A DNA stretch of 64,000 nt from a virus, in IMG/VR virus record IMGVR_UViG_3300027749_000046; one strand, written 5' to 3'. A program made the translations under genes and the position numbers. Each line of letters starts with the position of its first letter. Within the stretch, counting starts at the first letter, position 1. The notes under the pieces are model-generated. The model was not told the origin of the DNA, did no database searches, and saw only the letters and a program-made list of their open reading frames with translations. Positions 53,722 through 63,351 of this stretch are shown in pieces.

Positions 53722-55208
53722 TATGTTGCCCTCAAGTATGATATTTGATCTCCAGCAGTAACTTTAGTACGCAGCTTGAAGTAAGTCTGCGGGTCGTATG
53801 AGAATAGATTACTTCCAAAGGTAGTACCTAAAGATCTAAATGTCCCATTTAGATAAGCATTAGCTGTACTGTAGATATAAGGGCCGGAAGTCAGACCGGC
53901 ATTACCGTCTAAAAGATACCCAATAGTAGAAGTATTAGTCGGAATTATATAAGATCCTAAAGATCCCTGATAGATTATAGAACCATTAACAGAAGCAATA
54001 CAACCGCCTATAGACGGGCTTAGAACACCATTAGAATAAAAATTCGCGCTATTGTCAGCCGATGTAATGTTAGTACTTCCTGTTATGTGAATTGTATTAA
54101 TACTGGAGAGATATAGAAAATTCTGACTTCCAGTCTGCAAATTTACCATAGAAGGTAAAATTGTATTTGTACTGCTGGTGGTAGAGGTGCCGTCTAGATT
54201 AGACACAGTCCAGGTAGTACCGTTCGTGGACCTGCATATCCTCAATCCGCCGCTCCCTCCACCAGAAGGAGGTCCATACCCTACGGCCACAAAGTATCCG
54301 TTCGCGTATCCGACGTTAGTAAACACGCAATTGCTGGTAAATGGATTAGTTCTATTTGTCCAAGTTATTCCGTTTGTTGATGTCTGTATACTTCCTATTG
54401 ACGTAAGAGGAAATGAGTATACTGCACTAATACCAAGTGCTCCGGTATTACCACCTACAGCCACGAAGACACCATTCCCATAGGCAACAGAGTAAGGCTC
54501 TGTAGATGTATTTGCCAGAGTTCTAAGGGTCCAAGAAGACCCATTAGAAGAAGTCTGCAGTGTAGATGATCCATTTAACGAGTTCGAAACTGCTTGAGCT
54601 ATAATGAAGACGCCGTTTCCATATGCAAGAGCACCTGGATTATAATAATTACTAGCTGAGGTCATATTAGGAGAGCTTGTGGTGTAAGTCCACGTTACAG
54701 AGTCTGCGCTGTAGTATACAGCATTAGCATTTAATCCCCCTGATAATCCATCATATCCAATTCCCACGTATACGTTATTTCCAAAAACATAATCAAATAT
54801 TGCGCATGACTGTGGCGCGGTAGTAGTGTTGGCTAACAATACCACCGGAGTATATAAAAGTAGATCTGCATATGAGTAGGCATAGGTATTATAGTAACCC
54901 AGCCAAGTTGAGTTCGCATTCTTATTCTGCAGGATACCAGTGGGAATTAGATTGGCATTAGTAAAAGTTGCGCCGCTTGGGAAGATTACATACTCATTGA
55001 TCTTGGTCTCGTTTACGGCAGAGCCGTTGAAGTAAGCCGCAGTGGAGTTGACAACCATATTTGCTGAGGATACAGAAGTAGAGTTGATGATGTATGTCTG
55101 CGTGTTCGCAACTATATTGAGCGTCTGGTTAGTAGGACTCGACGTATTAGCGTATATCCTGTTGTTACCAGAAGAGTCGAAACTTAAGTTTGATACTACT
55201 ATGGTCAT
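53721..55208 (-). CDS. BNR/Asp-box beta-propeller receptor-binding protein 2
   Basis: repeated STNG.TW and YGNGVF. Confidence 0.75.
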   Translation of the reverse strand: MTIVVSNLSFDSSGNNRIYANTSSPTNQTLNIVANTQTYIINSTSVSSANMVVNSTAAYFNGSAVNETKINEYVIFPSGATFTNANLIPTGILQNKNANSTWLGYYNTYAYSYADLLLYTPVVLLANTTTAPQSCAIFDYVFGNNVYVGIGYDGLSGGLNANAVYYSADSVTWTYTTSSPNMTSASNYYNPGALAYGNGVFIIAQAVSNSLNGSSTLQTSSNGSSWTLRTLANTSTEPYSVAYGNGVFVAVGGNTGALGISAVYSFPLTSIGSIQTSTNGITWTNRTNPFTSNCVFTNVGYANGYFVAVGYGPPSGGGSGGLRICRSTNGTTWTVSNLDGTSTTSSTNTILPSMVNLQTGSQNFLYLSSINTIHITGSTNITSADNSANFYSNGVLSPSIGGCIASVNGSIIYQGSLGSYIIPTNTSTIGYLLDGNAGLTSGPYIYSTANAYLNGTFRSLGTTFGSNLFSYDPQTYFKLRTKVTAGDQISYLRAT

Positions 55209-56650
55209 CAGCTGCTCCTCACGTATATATAAGTATTTGTCATTATATCAGTTGTTGGGATCGCGTTAGATGTGTTCCATCCTGTATACTGCGCTATCTT
55301 GTTGTTTCTTCCATAAAATCTAGAGAACACGGTATTTGTGACGTACGCGTATGGCAGAGTCGGTACGTATATCTCGGTGCTAGCAAGAGTAGTTAGGACG
55401 TAGGGGGTGCTAGCAATCGTTCCGACAGAGGCCAGCATATTTAAAGTAGGCGAGTAGGCAATACCGGCTACAGCATACGATGCAGTATTAGACAATACAC
55501 CCAGAAGATTACTTCCCATATAATCCCAAGTATTACCATCAGTCGTTCTATATGCAACCCCAGAAGTACCTAGCGCGTAGAAGTAACCATTGGCATATGT
55601 AACTGCTGATAAATAACTATAGAAACCCGTCGAAGTCCATGTAGTCCCGTTTGTAGATCTAGCGCTATAATTGGTATATCCGACGGCTAAGAAGACTCCA
55701 TTACCGTACGCCACAGAATATAAGTTTGAAGATATAGGGGAAGTTTGCTGTGTCCATGACGTGCCGTTAGTAGATGACTGAATGGTTCCATTGGATCCAA
55801 CAGACACGAATACGCCGTTTCCATAGGCTATAGAAAAACCAGCATAGTTATTAGCGGAAGTTCTGCGCGTCCACGTGGTGCTGTCTGTAGAAGTCCACAC
55901 ACCATTCCCAGCATAATTGCCAAGGCTGTTAGCTTGTTTAGTAGTAGCAACGTACACACCGTTGCCATATGCCACGCTCTGTGGATAAGAATTCGAACCT
56001 GTCACAGCTTGCACATAAGTCCACGTAACTGCGTCTGTAGAACTCAATATAACACCGCTTGAAGTCGCGAGGTTAGAGTTATTAGACGCGCCGACGGCCA
56101 CGTACTTGTCGTTTCCATATGCTACACCGAGTAGCAAGCAGTTGGCACCAGCGCCACTAACGCTTCTGTTAGTCCACGTTAGTCCGTCTGGAGAAGTCTG
56201 TATCATCCCGGCATTTCCGGTACTAACAGAATTACCTCCTACCATGACGAATTGGTTATTTCCCCACGTGATAGACTGAATACTATTTGCTAAACTCGCG
56301 TTCGCGTGCGTTCTTTGATTCCAAATGACACCAAAGTCAGGCTGGTTGTTCTGAAGTACGGGATAGAGAGTAGCCCACTGAGAAGACGCGCTATTTATGA
56401 TGGCGCTGGCATTCACGCAGTTGGCTAGAGTAGTCGCATTGCTGCTGAAGACGTAGGTTCCAATAGCTTGACCGGGAGGGACGAGAGGAACTATCTGCTT
56501 CGTGGTGTTGTTTCCGACAGATAGAGACGTTGTGTTTACTCCGAGTAGAACAGTATTAGACTGGAATATTGTTACGTTTACGCCGTCGAAGTGTATTCGA
56601 TTATTTCCGGTCGGCTCTAGGTGTACGTTGGCTACTACTATTGTGCTCAT
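55208..56650 (-). CDS. BNR/Asp-box beta-propeller receptor-binding protein 3
   Basis: repeated S.DG.TW and VAYGNGVF. Confidence 0.75.
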   Translation of the reverse strand: MSTIVVANVHLEPTGNNRIHFDGVNVTIFQSNTVLLGVNTTSLSVGNNTTKQIVPLVPPGQAIGTYVFSSNATTLANCVNASAIINSASSQWATLYPVLQNNQPDFGVIWNQRTHANASLANSIQSITWGNNQFVMVGGNSVSTGNAGMIQTSPDGLTWTNRSVSGAGANCLLLGVAYGNDKYVAVGASNNSNLATSSGVILSSTDAVTWTYVQAVTGSNSYPQSVAYGNGVYVATTKQANSLGNYAGNGVWTSTDSTTWTRRTSANNYAGFSIAYGNGVFVSVGSNGTIQSSTNGTSWTQQTSPISSNLYSVAYGNGVFLAVGYTNYSARSTNGTTWTSTGFYSYLSAVTYANGYFYALGTSGVAYRTTDGNTWDYMGSNLLGVLSNTASYAVAGIAYSPTLNMLASVGTIASTPYVLTTLASTEIYVPTLPYAYVTNTVFSRFYGRNNKIAQYTGWNTSNAIPTTDIMTNTYIYVRSS

Positions 56651-56667
56651 GATATCTCTCTATTCAA

Positions 56668-57297
56668 TTATACGCCGATCGCTAGATAATATACGTTAGC
56701 AGTTGTTGTTGTTGAAGACGATCTAAGGTTAGCAGAAGTTAAACCAGATGCAGAAACATATGGTACGTTAGCGCCAGCTAATACAGTATTATCTCTAGCA
56801 GACATTGTTATTGAATAAACAGCTGTTGTAAATGGCGTAGGCCATGTAGTAATACTTGTCGTATTACACACTAATGTTCCCCACTGCAGCAGCAGTCCGT
56901 TTGGAAGACGGGTATAGCCGTTTGCTGTGATCGATGATGTACCGAGTGCGAGACTGTTGCCGGTTACTGCCACCTGACCATTACCGTAAACGCTCATGAA
57001 CGTAGAAGTCGCGTTGACAAATGAGGCCACAGTGCCAGTGTTCGACTGAACGTATATGCCTGTGCCGGTATTCGAGACAAACTGACCGCCTACGCTGGTA
57101 TTAGACTGACCATATAAACCATAGCCAGTGCTTGAGTAAGCAACAACAGCGTGATCTGCTTGACTGTTATTGCCTACTACCATCCTACCAGTGTTCGACC
57201 ACAGGGAAATACCTGGATTGCCGGTGTTTCCAGTAGATATCGACAAGTCGGTGGTGCCGTTTGCTGTTCTTATATTTGTCGTGCTTAGAGTGCTCAT
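56668..57297 (-). CDS. short fibre protein with NGYxxLPNGLLLQWG (gp53-like) tip domain
   Basis: C-terminal domain shared with 61357..63042. Confidence 0.75.
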   Translation of the reverse strand: MSTLSTTNIRTANGTTDLSISTGNTGNPGISLWSNTGRMVVGNNSQADHAVVAYSSTGYGLYGQSNTSVGGQFVSNTGTGIYVQSNTGTVASFVNATSTFMSVYGNGQVAVTGNSLALGTSSITANGYTRLPNGLLLQWGTLVCNTTSITTWPTPFTTAVYSITMSARDNTVLAGANVPYVSASGLTSANLRSSSTTTTANVYYLAIGV

Positions 57298-57307
57298 CTC
57301 ATTTTCC

Positions 57308-60300
57308 TTAGACTATGACCCATCTTGATCCAGTTTGTATAGTAACGTCCGCATTCAGAGTTATAGGTCCGGCGGACATATAGTTATAGGCGGTCTGCGC
57401 CGTGTAGTTAGTATTGACTGTCTTACCGCTGATGAAGAAATTGGTGTCTGAACCAGCTCCAGTACCAGTACCAATTCCAGGATTGGTCGTCATTGTCGAT
57501 CCGTCTGAGAACTTAATACCGCTCGCTGTGAACTCGAGTTGACCAGCTACAGTAAGCTTAGATGCCGGCGCGCTGTTGCCTATGCCTATATTACCGTTGG
57601 CATAGATACCAGCAAAAGTAGCAGTAGCATTAGCAAATAGTGCTACTATACCTGTGTTTGACTGTGCATAAAGACCATATCCAGTATTTGATATACCATA
57701 GATGCCACCACCGCCGCCTCCATTTACACCGCCAATGCCCTGTACGCCATAAGAAGAATTTGATTGACCATACACGCCAACGCTGGAGTTTGATAGACCA
57801 CTAATAGCAATTACTGCAGCTGTCGTTGAGCCGGCAGTAATTGTAGCAGAATTAACTGAAGTGGCATTAACAACACCGGTATAAACACCGGCAGAGTTAA
57901 CAACTGTAGATGTACCTACCGTATAAGACGCAGAGTTAATCGTTGTGGCATTAACAACACCGGTATAAACACCAGTGGAGTTAGCAACTGTAGATGTACC
58001 TACCGTATAAGAATAAGCATTCACCGAACCGGTAGCAAGAATGCTAGCTACTGTAGAGTTACCACCAGGTGTTATCTGTACATTACCTGCAGAGTTAGCT
58101 ATATTTATGATCGATGTAGTCTGAGTGGTGGTGCTGTTACCAATCGATAAAGAGCCGGTATTTGATATAGTTACAGTCGGTAGTGTCGTTGTGTTACCGG
58201 CGTATGAGATAGAAGTATTTGATATAGTTAAGACTGTGCCGACAGTATAAGATGCAGAGTTAACACCAGCAACAGATATATTAGAAGAATTTATCGCAGT
58301 ATTAACATCAGCTGCCTGAAGTGATGTTAATGCGATATTTGTACCATCGCCGCGAAGATAGTAAGCTGCGGTTGCGCCACCTGCGAGAGCATTGAGCGCA
58401 GCCTGTCTTGTGGTTGCACTAGTACCACCTTGTGCAAAACCAACAGCCGTGAAACCCGTGGCCAATGAGCCAGAAGCAAGAGCACCGGTACCAGTTATAC
58501 CGGTATATGAACCTGTTAGCTGTCCATTTGGTAATGTACCGGTTGTTATATTTGTAGCATTTGAGTAGTAAGAAGCAAGCTGGCCATTTAGATATGTTGT
58601 GTTATTTGAAGTTCCAGAATAAGATGTAGAGTTGAGTATGGTAACTGTAGAGTTACTTATTGTTATAGAGTTAGCCGCAATAGATCCAGGTACTGTACTA
58701 TTAGCTGATATACTAATAGAAGTTGAATTTACAACAAACGCGCCTAACGAGCCATATGGCTGAAGAAATGCCTGTAGGCTGCCTGTGGTAGTATTAGCGG
58801 ATGTAGTGTCGATAGTAGAAGACGTATTTGGATTATTCTTTGTTCCAAATATTCTATATACTGGATTGCTGTTTGAAGATGAAGCCGCTATCCTAGCCAC
58901 GCCAGAGTACCAAGTTACAGTTGAGTTGCCAGCAGGAGAGAAGAAGCCGGTGTCTACTACATCAGTATTAGTATTATTAAGGCCAAGCTCAATGATATTA
59001 TCATTTACTATGAGGTTCTGTGTGTTAACAGTGAGTGTTGTACCGAGAATTGTTAGATTTCCAGATATAGTAGCGTCACCTGTTACACTCAGGGAATTAG
59101 ACGTTATATTATTCACGTAGGCATTCGCTGCAGTGATATTTCCCGCAAATACTGTGCCCGTGCTGCTCATTGTCTGACGTATAATACCGCCGCTGACCAG
59201 TGACAGCTGGCCGTTAGCTGGATTATACATACCCGTATCTGAGTTTGCAGCAAATGAGTAAGATGGTGATCCAGCAGTTCCAGGATTAGCTAGAACAGTA
59301 TTAGCGCTTATGTTATTACTGAGAGTTAAGTTTTTATTTGCGCTGTTGAATGTGAACGCAGCGTCTCCACCGAATGATCCCGAGCTGTTGTACTGCACCT
59401 GCGTGTTAGATCCACCGGCACTGAACAGTGTCGTGCTCGTCATGGTGGTCCCATCTGGGAACTTAACACCGCCTGTTGTAGACTCGATAATACCAGCTAC
59501 AGTCAGCTTAGAACCAGGGGTTGTATTACTGACGCCAACTCTGCTGTTGGTGGTGTCAACAAATAACAGGCTCGTATTGAAGCTCGAGTTTGGTCCTGCT
59601 ACTGTGATGCCGTTTGAGAAGTTGCCAGATGATCCAAATACGGTCCACCTGCTTGTACTATTACCGAGAGCGTACGCATTTGTAGAAGGAATAATATCGC
59701 CAGTACCAGTGCCCGTGTACGTAATGGCGCCTGTTACTATAAGATCGCCGCCTACTCTAAGAGTACCAGTAATATTAGCAGAAGCTCCAGTCGCGTTAAA
59801 GCTATTGGTCGTGATATTATTTGTGGATATTGTTAGAGAAGTTACGTTACCTGTTAAGTTGCCTGTTATAGTAGTAGCAGCGACGTTGCCAGTTAAGTTG
59901 CCTGTTATAGTAGTGGCAGTAACGTTACCTACAAGATTACCGGAGATGTTAGTTGCATTTACGTTGGTAGCTATGACGGTATTTGTATACACATTAGCCG
60001 AAGCGTTTACCACGGTTGCAGAGACATTGCCAATCAAGATACCTGTTAAGTTGCCTGTTATAGTACTGGCAGTAACGTTACCTACAAGATTACCGGAGAT
60101 GTTAGTTGCATTTACGTTGGTAGCTATGACGGTATTTACGTTTACAGCTGTGGCATTGAGGTTTGCGGTGGCGTTGATATTACCGAATGCTCCATTTCCA
60201 GAAGCAGAGATATTACCCTCAACGCGAAGCTTGTCAGCAGGAGCACTATTACCTATACCAACTCTGCTGTTTACTGAGTCGACAAAGAGAGTATTACCAG

Positions 60301-60904
60301 CTACGTTTAAGTTGGCACTCGTGATGTTGATTGTGTTTGTGGATGTGGAAGATCCACCGATGATGTAGAATCCAGAAGAGTTGCTTAATAAACGAGTATC
60401 ATAGTCATCAGCTAGAGGGGTCTTAAAGTCGATGTATCCGCCGTTCGATCCGCCGATCTCAATTCTACCTTGATTGTTCGAGTCGTTAGTTATGATAACT
60501 TGGCCATTAACGGTGGAGTTCGCCGAGTAAACAGAGATGCTCGTTGAGTTCATCGTCACGTTGGCGATGCTGTTGCCTATCGTAGCTCCAAAAGTGGTGA
60601 TCTGAACGTTCGCGCCGACATTTGCAGATGTACTAGCGTATATGGTACCAGTGTTGGTCTGGTTTGTGATGTTAAGCGCCGATACGGCAGCCAGCTGTGT
60701 AACGTTGAGGTTGCCGGTGTTAGTAGTAGCGGTGACCGTGAGGTTCGAGGCAAGAGCGACATTGCCAGATACGTTCGCTGTTCCAACTACTGAGAAAGTT
60801 GCGTCTGGGGAAGCCGTATTGACACCAACTTTGCCGGCTGTAGCTACAATTAGACTGGTGTTTACTATGATGCCGTTCTTAACGACAAAGTCTTTATCAG
60901 ACAT
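57308..60904 (-). CDS. long tail fibre
   Basis: 1198 aa N/S/T/G-rich; DFVVKNG start, VGIG...P..KL.V.G repeats, GNLTGNV repeats; TATAAATA 60936-60943. Confidence 0.85.
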   Translation of the reverse strand: MSDKDFVVKNGIIVNTSLIVATAGKVGVNTASPDATFSVVGTANVSGNVALASNLTVTATTNTGNLNVTQLAAVSALNITNQTNTGTIYASTSANVGANVQITTFGATIGNSIANVTMNSTSISVYSANSTVNGQVIITNDSNNQGRIEIGGSNGGYIDFKTPLADDYDTRLLSNSSGFYIIGGSSTSTNTINITSANLNVAGNTLFVDSVNSRVGIGNSAPADKLRVEGNISASGNGAFGNINATANLNATAVNVNTVIATNVNATNISGNLVGNVTASTITGNLTGILIGNVSATVVNASANVYTNTVIATNVNATNISGNLVGNVTATTITGNLTGNVAATTITGNLTGNVTSLTISTNNITTNSFNATGASANITGTLRVGGDLIVTGAITYTGTGTGDIIPSTNAYALGNSTSRWTVFGSSGNFSNGITVAGPNSSFNTSLLFVDTTNSRVGVSNTTPGSKLTVAGIIESTTGGVKFPDGTTMTSTTLFSAGGSNTQVQYNSSGSFGGDAAFTFNSANKNLTLSNNISANTVLANPGTAGSPSYSFAANSDTGMYNPANGQLSLVSGGIIRQTMSSTGTVFAGNITAANAYVNNITSNSLSVTGDATISGNLTILGTTLTVNTQNLIVNDNIIELGLNNTNTDVVDTGFFSPAGNSTVTWYSGVARIAASSSNSNPVYRIFGTKNNPNTSSTIDTTSANTTTGSLQAFLQPYGSLGAFVVNSTSISISANSTVPGSIAANSITISNSTVTILNSTSYSGTSNNTTYLNGQLASYYSNATNITTGTLPNGQLTGSYTGITGTGALASGSLATGFTAVGFAQGGTSATTRQAALNALAGGATAAYYLRGDGTNIALTSLQAADVNTAINSSNISVAGVNSASYTVGTVLTISNTSISYAGNTTTLPTVTISNTGSLSIGNSTTTQTTSIINIANSAGNVQITPGGNSTVASILATGSVNAYSYTVGTSTVANSTGVYTGVVNATTINSASYTVGTSTVVNSAGVYTGVVNATSVNSATITAGSTTAAVIAISGLSNSSVGVYGQSNSSYGVQGIGGVNGGGGGGIYGISNTGYGLYAQSNTGIVALFANATATFAGIYANGNIGIGNSAPASKLTVAGQLEFTASGIKFSDGSTMTTNPGIGTGTGAGSDTNFFISGKTVNTNYTAQTAYNYMSAGPITLNADVTIQTGSRWVIV
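57861..58012. repeat. 68-bp direct repeat x2 (period 84) in fibre gene
   Basis: 57861-57928 vs 57945-58012, four mismatches. Confidence 0.85.
59892..60137. repeat. 93-bp direct repeat x2 in fibre gene
   Basis: 59892-59984 vs 60045-60137, one mismatch. Confidence 0.9.
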
Positions 60905-60938
60905 ACTGGTTCCCTTTCCCCAGGATTATTTTAATTAT

Positions 60939-61355
60939 TTATACGATGACTATCCTCGTACCGCTTGTTACTGTGAGAGTAAAGCCGGTATTTACCGTAT
61001 AGGGACCCGCTATTATAGTGTTGACGTTTGCGGGCGTGGTGTAGCTGTAGAGCAAGTTCTGTGGGTTCTGAAATCCAAGCGAAGAGAAAGTAGATACGGA
61101 GTTCATAGTGCTGTTGACGGTGGAGTTACCTATCGTCATGTTCTGCTGGTCGTTATTCCAGACAAAGTTGGTATTACCGTTCATATTTCCAGAGCTGTTG
61201 AACTGTATGCTCGTGTTAGAGCCACCAGCAGTCTGATAAGGACCGGTTGCAACCGCCCAGTAGCTGTAGTTGTTTATGTAGACGTAGGTGAGACCGGACG
61301 TGGCATCGCTGAATACTTGACCATTTGCTGGTGATGATGGGAAGTCTAAAGCCAT
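60939..61355 (-). CDS. small fibre-associated protein
   Basis: MALDFPSSP.NGQ start; C-terminus AGP.T.......T..SG.R.VIV shared with the long fibre. Confidence 0.75.
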   Translation of the reverse strand: MALDFPSSPANGQVFSDATSGLTYVYINNYSYWAVATGPYQTAGGSNTSIQFNSSGNMNGNTNFVWNNDQQNMTIGNSTVNSTMNSVSTFSSLGFQNPQNLLYSYTTPANVNTIIAGPYTVNTGFTLTVTSGTRIVIV

Positions 61356-61356
61356 C

Positions 61357-63042
61357 TTATACTCCTATCGCCTGCCACTGACAGAGATTCGTCGCGGCAA
61401 CAGCCTGTGAGCTTCTTACCTGCAGAACAGTCGTGTTAGCACCCGCGGCATATCCATAGAAGCCCGTTAGTCCAGAAGTAACCGACCAGTTGTATATAGT
61501 GGTGAATGCTGTGGAGAACGTGATGTTGCCCACAGAAGTATTAGCCAGTATGTTACCCCACTGCATCAGCAGTCCATTTGGAAGACGCGTGTAACCGTTG
61601 TTAGCTACGATAGATGAAGTACCAAGGGTAAATGTGTTTGTCTGCACGGTCGCGTTGGTTGATATCTGTAGCGGAACTGCTATGTTAAGGTTACTGGTGT
61701 TGTTGTTACCGAATACAGACCAAATTGCTCTCTGCTGGTTCAGCGTGTTAGTTGAGTAGAACACAAAGTTATCGTCGTTCTGCTGTATGAAGTATACGTT
61801 AGATCCACCAGCCACAGGCGTGAATGTTAATTTCTGATTATTAAGAGTAGAAGAGAAGCCTGCATTAGAGAACACGCCGCTTGAGTTCGCCACTATACCG
61901 GTACCTACAGTATGTGATGCAGCATTGATAGAGCCAGTTGTAGTTATAGCATTGTATGTTATATTACTAAAAACAGTAGAGTTGCCGACGGCAATAGCAG
62001 TGGTGTTGATAAGTGATCCACCAACGGTGCTAGCGTTGGCGTATGTACCAACTTGAATATTAGCAGAAGCATTAACGACAGAAGATACGACGTTGCCGGT
62101 AAGAATACCGGTTACGTTTGCTGTAACAGTCGTCGTGGTAATTGCCGTCGAGTTTACTACAGAGTTTACTGTTGAGTTACCGACGTTGAACGATGCAGCC
62201 ACCGCGTTCGCAGCCAAGACTATACCATATGGGTTGATGGTCAAGTTAGCGCTGCTGTTCGCTATATACACGGAGCTCGAGTTCATGGTGGCATTACCAG
62301 CCGAGTTCTGAACTGAGACGTAGCTCGCGCCGTTGCCGACAAGTATCAAGCTGAACGGGTTGATCGATGCATTTCCTATTGTGTTGCCAACGTATACTGT
62401 AGTGGCGTTAGCCAGCATGGTAGTCCCGACTGTATAAGATGTGGCATTCACGGTGCTGACGTTTACGGTCGTAGTGTTAATAGTCGTCGCGCCGACGTTT
62501 AGTACGGCGGTCGTCTTATTGAAAGTGAGAGAAGCCGATCCGTTAGAGTAGCCAGAATCGCTGAACTGGATGTACGTATTACCGCCTTTGGCAGCCAAAG
62601 TACCGCCACCAATCGCTGCCTCTACCCACTGATTAGACGTGCCGTCTGTGTAGTAAACAAGCGCTTTACCGATGTCGCTATTCCAGTACATCTGACCGTT
62701 CTGTGGTGAAGTTGGAAGAGTATTCTGCACCGCCACTACAGTAGTTGTAGTACCCCAGTAAGTACTCGTGCCGTTGGATACAAGAGCGTATCCAGAAGTA
62801 CCATTACTTCCGTTTGCAGACAAAGTCTTTATGGTGATGGTATTACTAACATTGACGTTGGTGTTGTTCGCACCGATCTCTATGAGAAGAGTGCCGTCCG
62901 ACGTGTACAAGATCCTGTCGGTCATATTCAGCGCGAGCTCACCCGCGTTTATGTACTGACTATTAGAAGAGTTAGTAGTATTAGGAGTCCTACCAGAGGT
63001 ACTACTTCTCTTCACTTGAATTATGTTACTGCCTACGGCCAT
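61357..63042 (-). CDS. tail fibre with gp53-like tip
   Basis: IQVKRSS...P, GELALN..DR.LY N-terminal anchor; LPNGLLMQWG tip. Confidence 0.8.
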   Translation of the reverse strand: MAVGSNIIQVKRSSTSGRTPNTTNSSNSQYINAGELALNMTDRILYTSDGTLLIEIGANNTNVNVSNTITIKTLSANGSNGTSGYALVSNGTSTYWGTTTTVVAVQNTLPTSPQNGQMYWNSDIGKALVYYTDGTSNQWVEAAIGGGTLAAKGGNTYIQFSDSGYSNGSASLTFNKTTAVLNVGATTINTTTVNVSTVNATSYTVGTTMLANATTVYVGNTIGNASINPFSLILVGNGASYVSVQNSAGNATMNSSSVYIANSSANLTINPYGIVLAANAVAASFNVGNSTVNSVVNSTAITTTTVTANVTGILTGNVVSSVVNASANIQVGTYANASTVGGSLINTTAIAVGNSTVFSNITYNAITTTGSINAASHTVGTGIVANSSGVFSNAGFSSTLNNQKLTFTPVAGGSNVYFIQQNDDNFVFYSTNTLNQQRAIWSVFGNNNTSNLNIAVPLQISTNATVQTNTFTLGTSSIVANNGYTRLPNGLLMQWGNILANTSVGNITFSTAFTTIYNWSVTSGLTGFYGYAAGANTTVLQVRSSQAVAATNLCQWQAIGV

Positions 63043-63074
63043 GTGGCATTCCTTCTATCGGTATATACCGAGGA

Positions 63075-63290
63075 TTAAAAGTCGCTATCTTTGGTCTTCA
63101 CTATCTTCTTATTATGAAGAGTTTCAAACTTAGATAGCTTCTCAGATAGTTCTTCAATTATCTTTATGTCGTCAGCAATCTTCTTCTGCATGATCTCAAT
63201 GTGTGTCTGATACAGAAGCTCAGCCCTTACATGCTCGTCTATCTTCTTAGCCATCTTCTCAATATAAGCATTGATAAATTCTTGGTCCAT
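63075..63290 (-). CDS. small coiled-coil protein
   Basis: GAGG RBS; 71 aa heptads. Confidence 0.7.
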   Translation of the reverse strand: MDQEFINAYIEKMAKKIDEHVRAELLYQTHIEIMQKKIADDIKIIEELSEKLSKFETLHNKKIVKTKDSDF

Positions 63291-63310
63291 AGTTAATCCT
63301 CACTTTTTAG

Positions 63311-63339
63311 TTGACAAATTACAAATAGCTTGTTATAAT
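63311..63339 (+). promoter_or_regulatory. consensus sigma70 promoter antisense to the fibre operon
   Basis: TTGACA-N17-TATAAT with TG extension. Confidence 0.7.
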
Positions 63340-63351
63340 AGATTTATATCT

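Noticed and set aside
57861-60137. Fibre repeats as DGR template/variable repeats or CRISPR
   Set aside because: In-frame coding duplications, no reverse transcriptase or cas gene in the window, and no repeat-spacer periodicity
47362-60368. Long + strand ORFs (47372..48028 poly-Pro, 59310..60368 and others)
   Set aside because: Antisense shadows of Gly-rich or repetitive fibre genes; no RBS or promoter support
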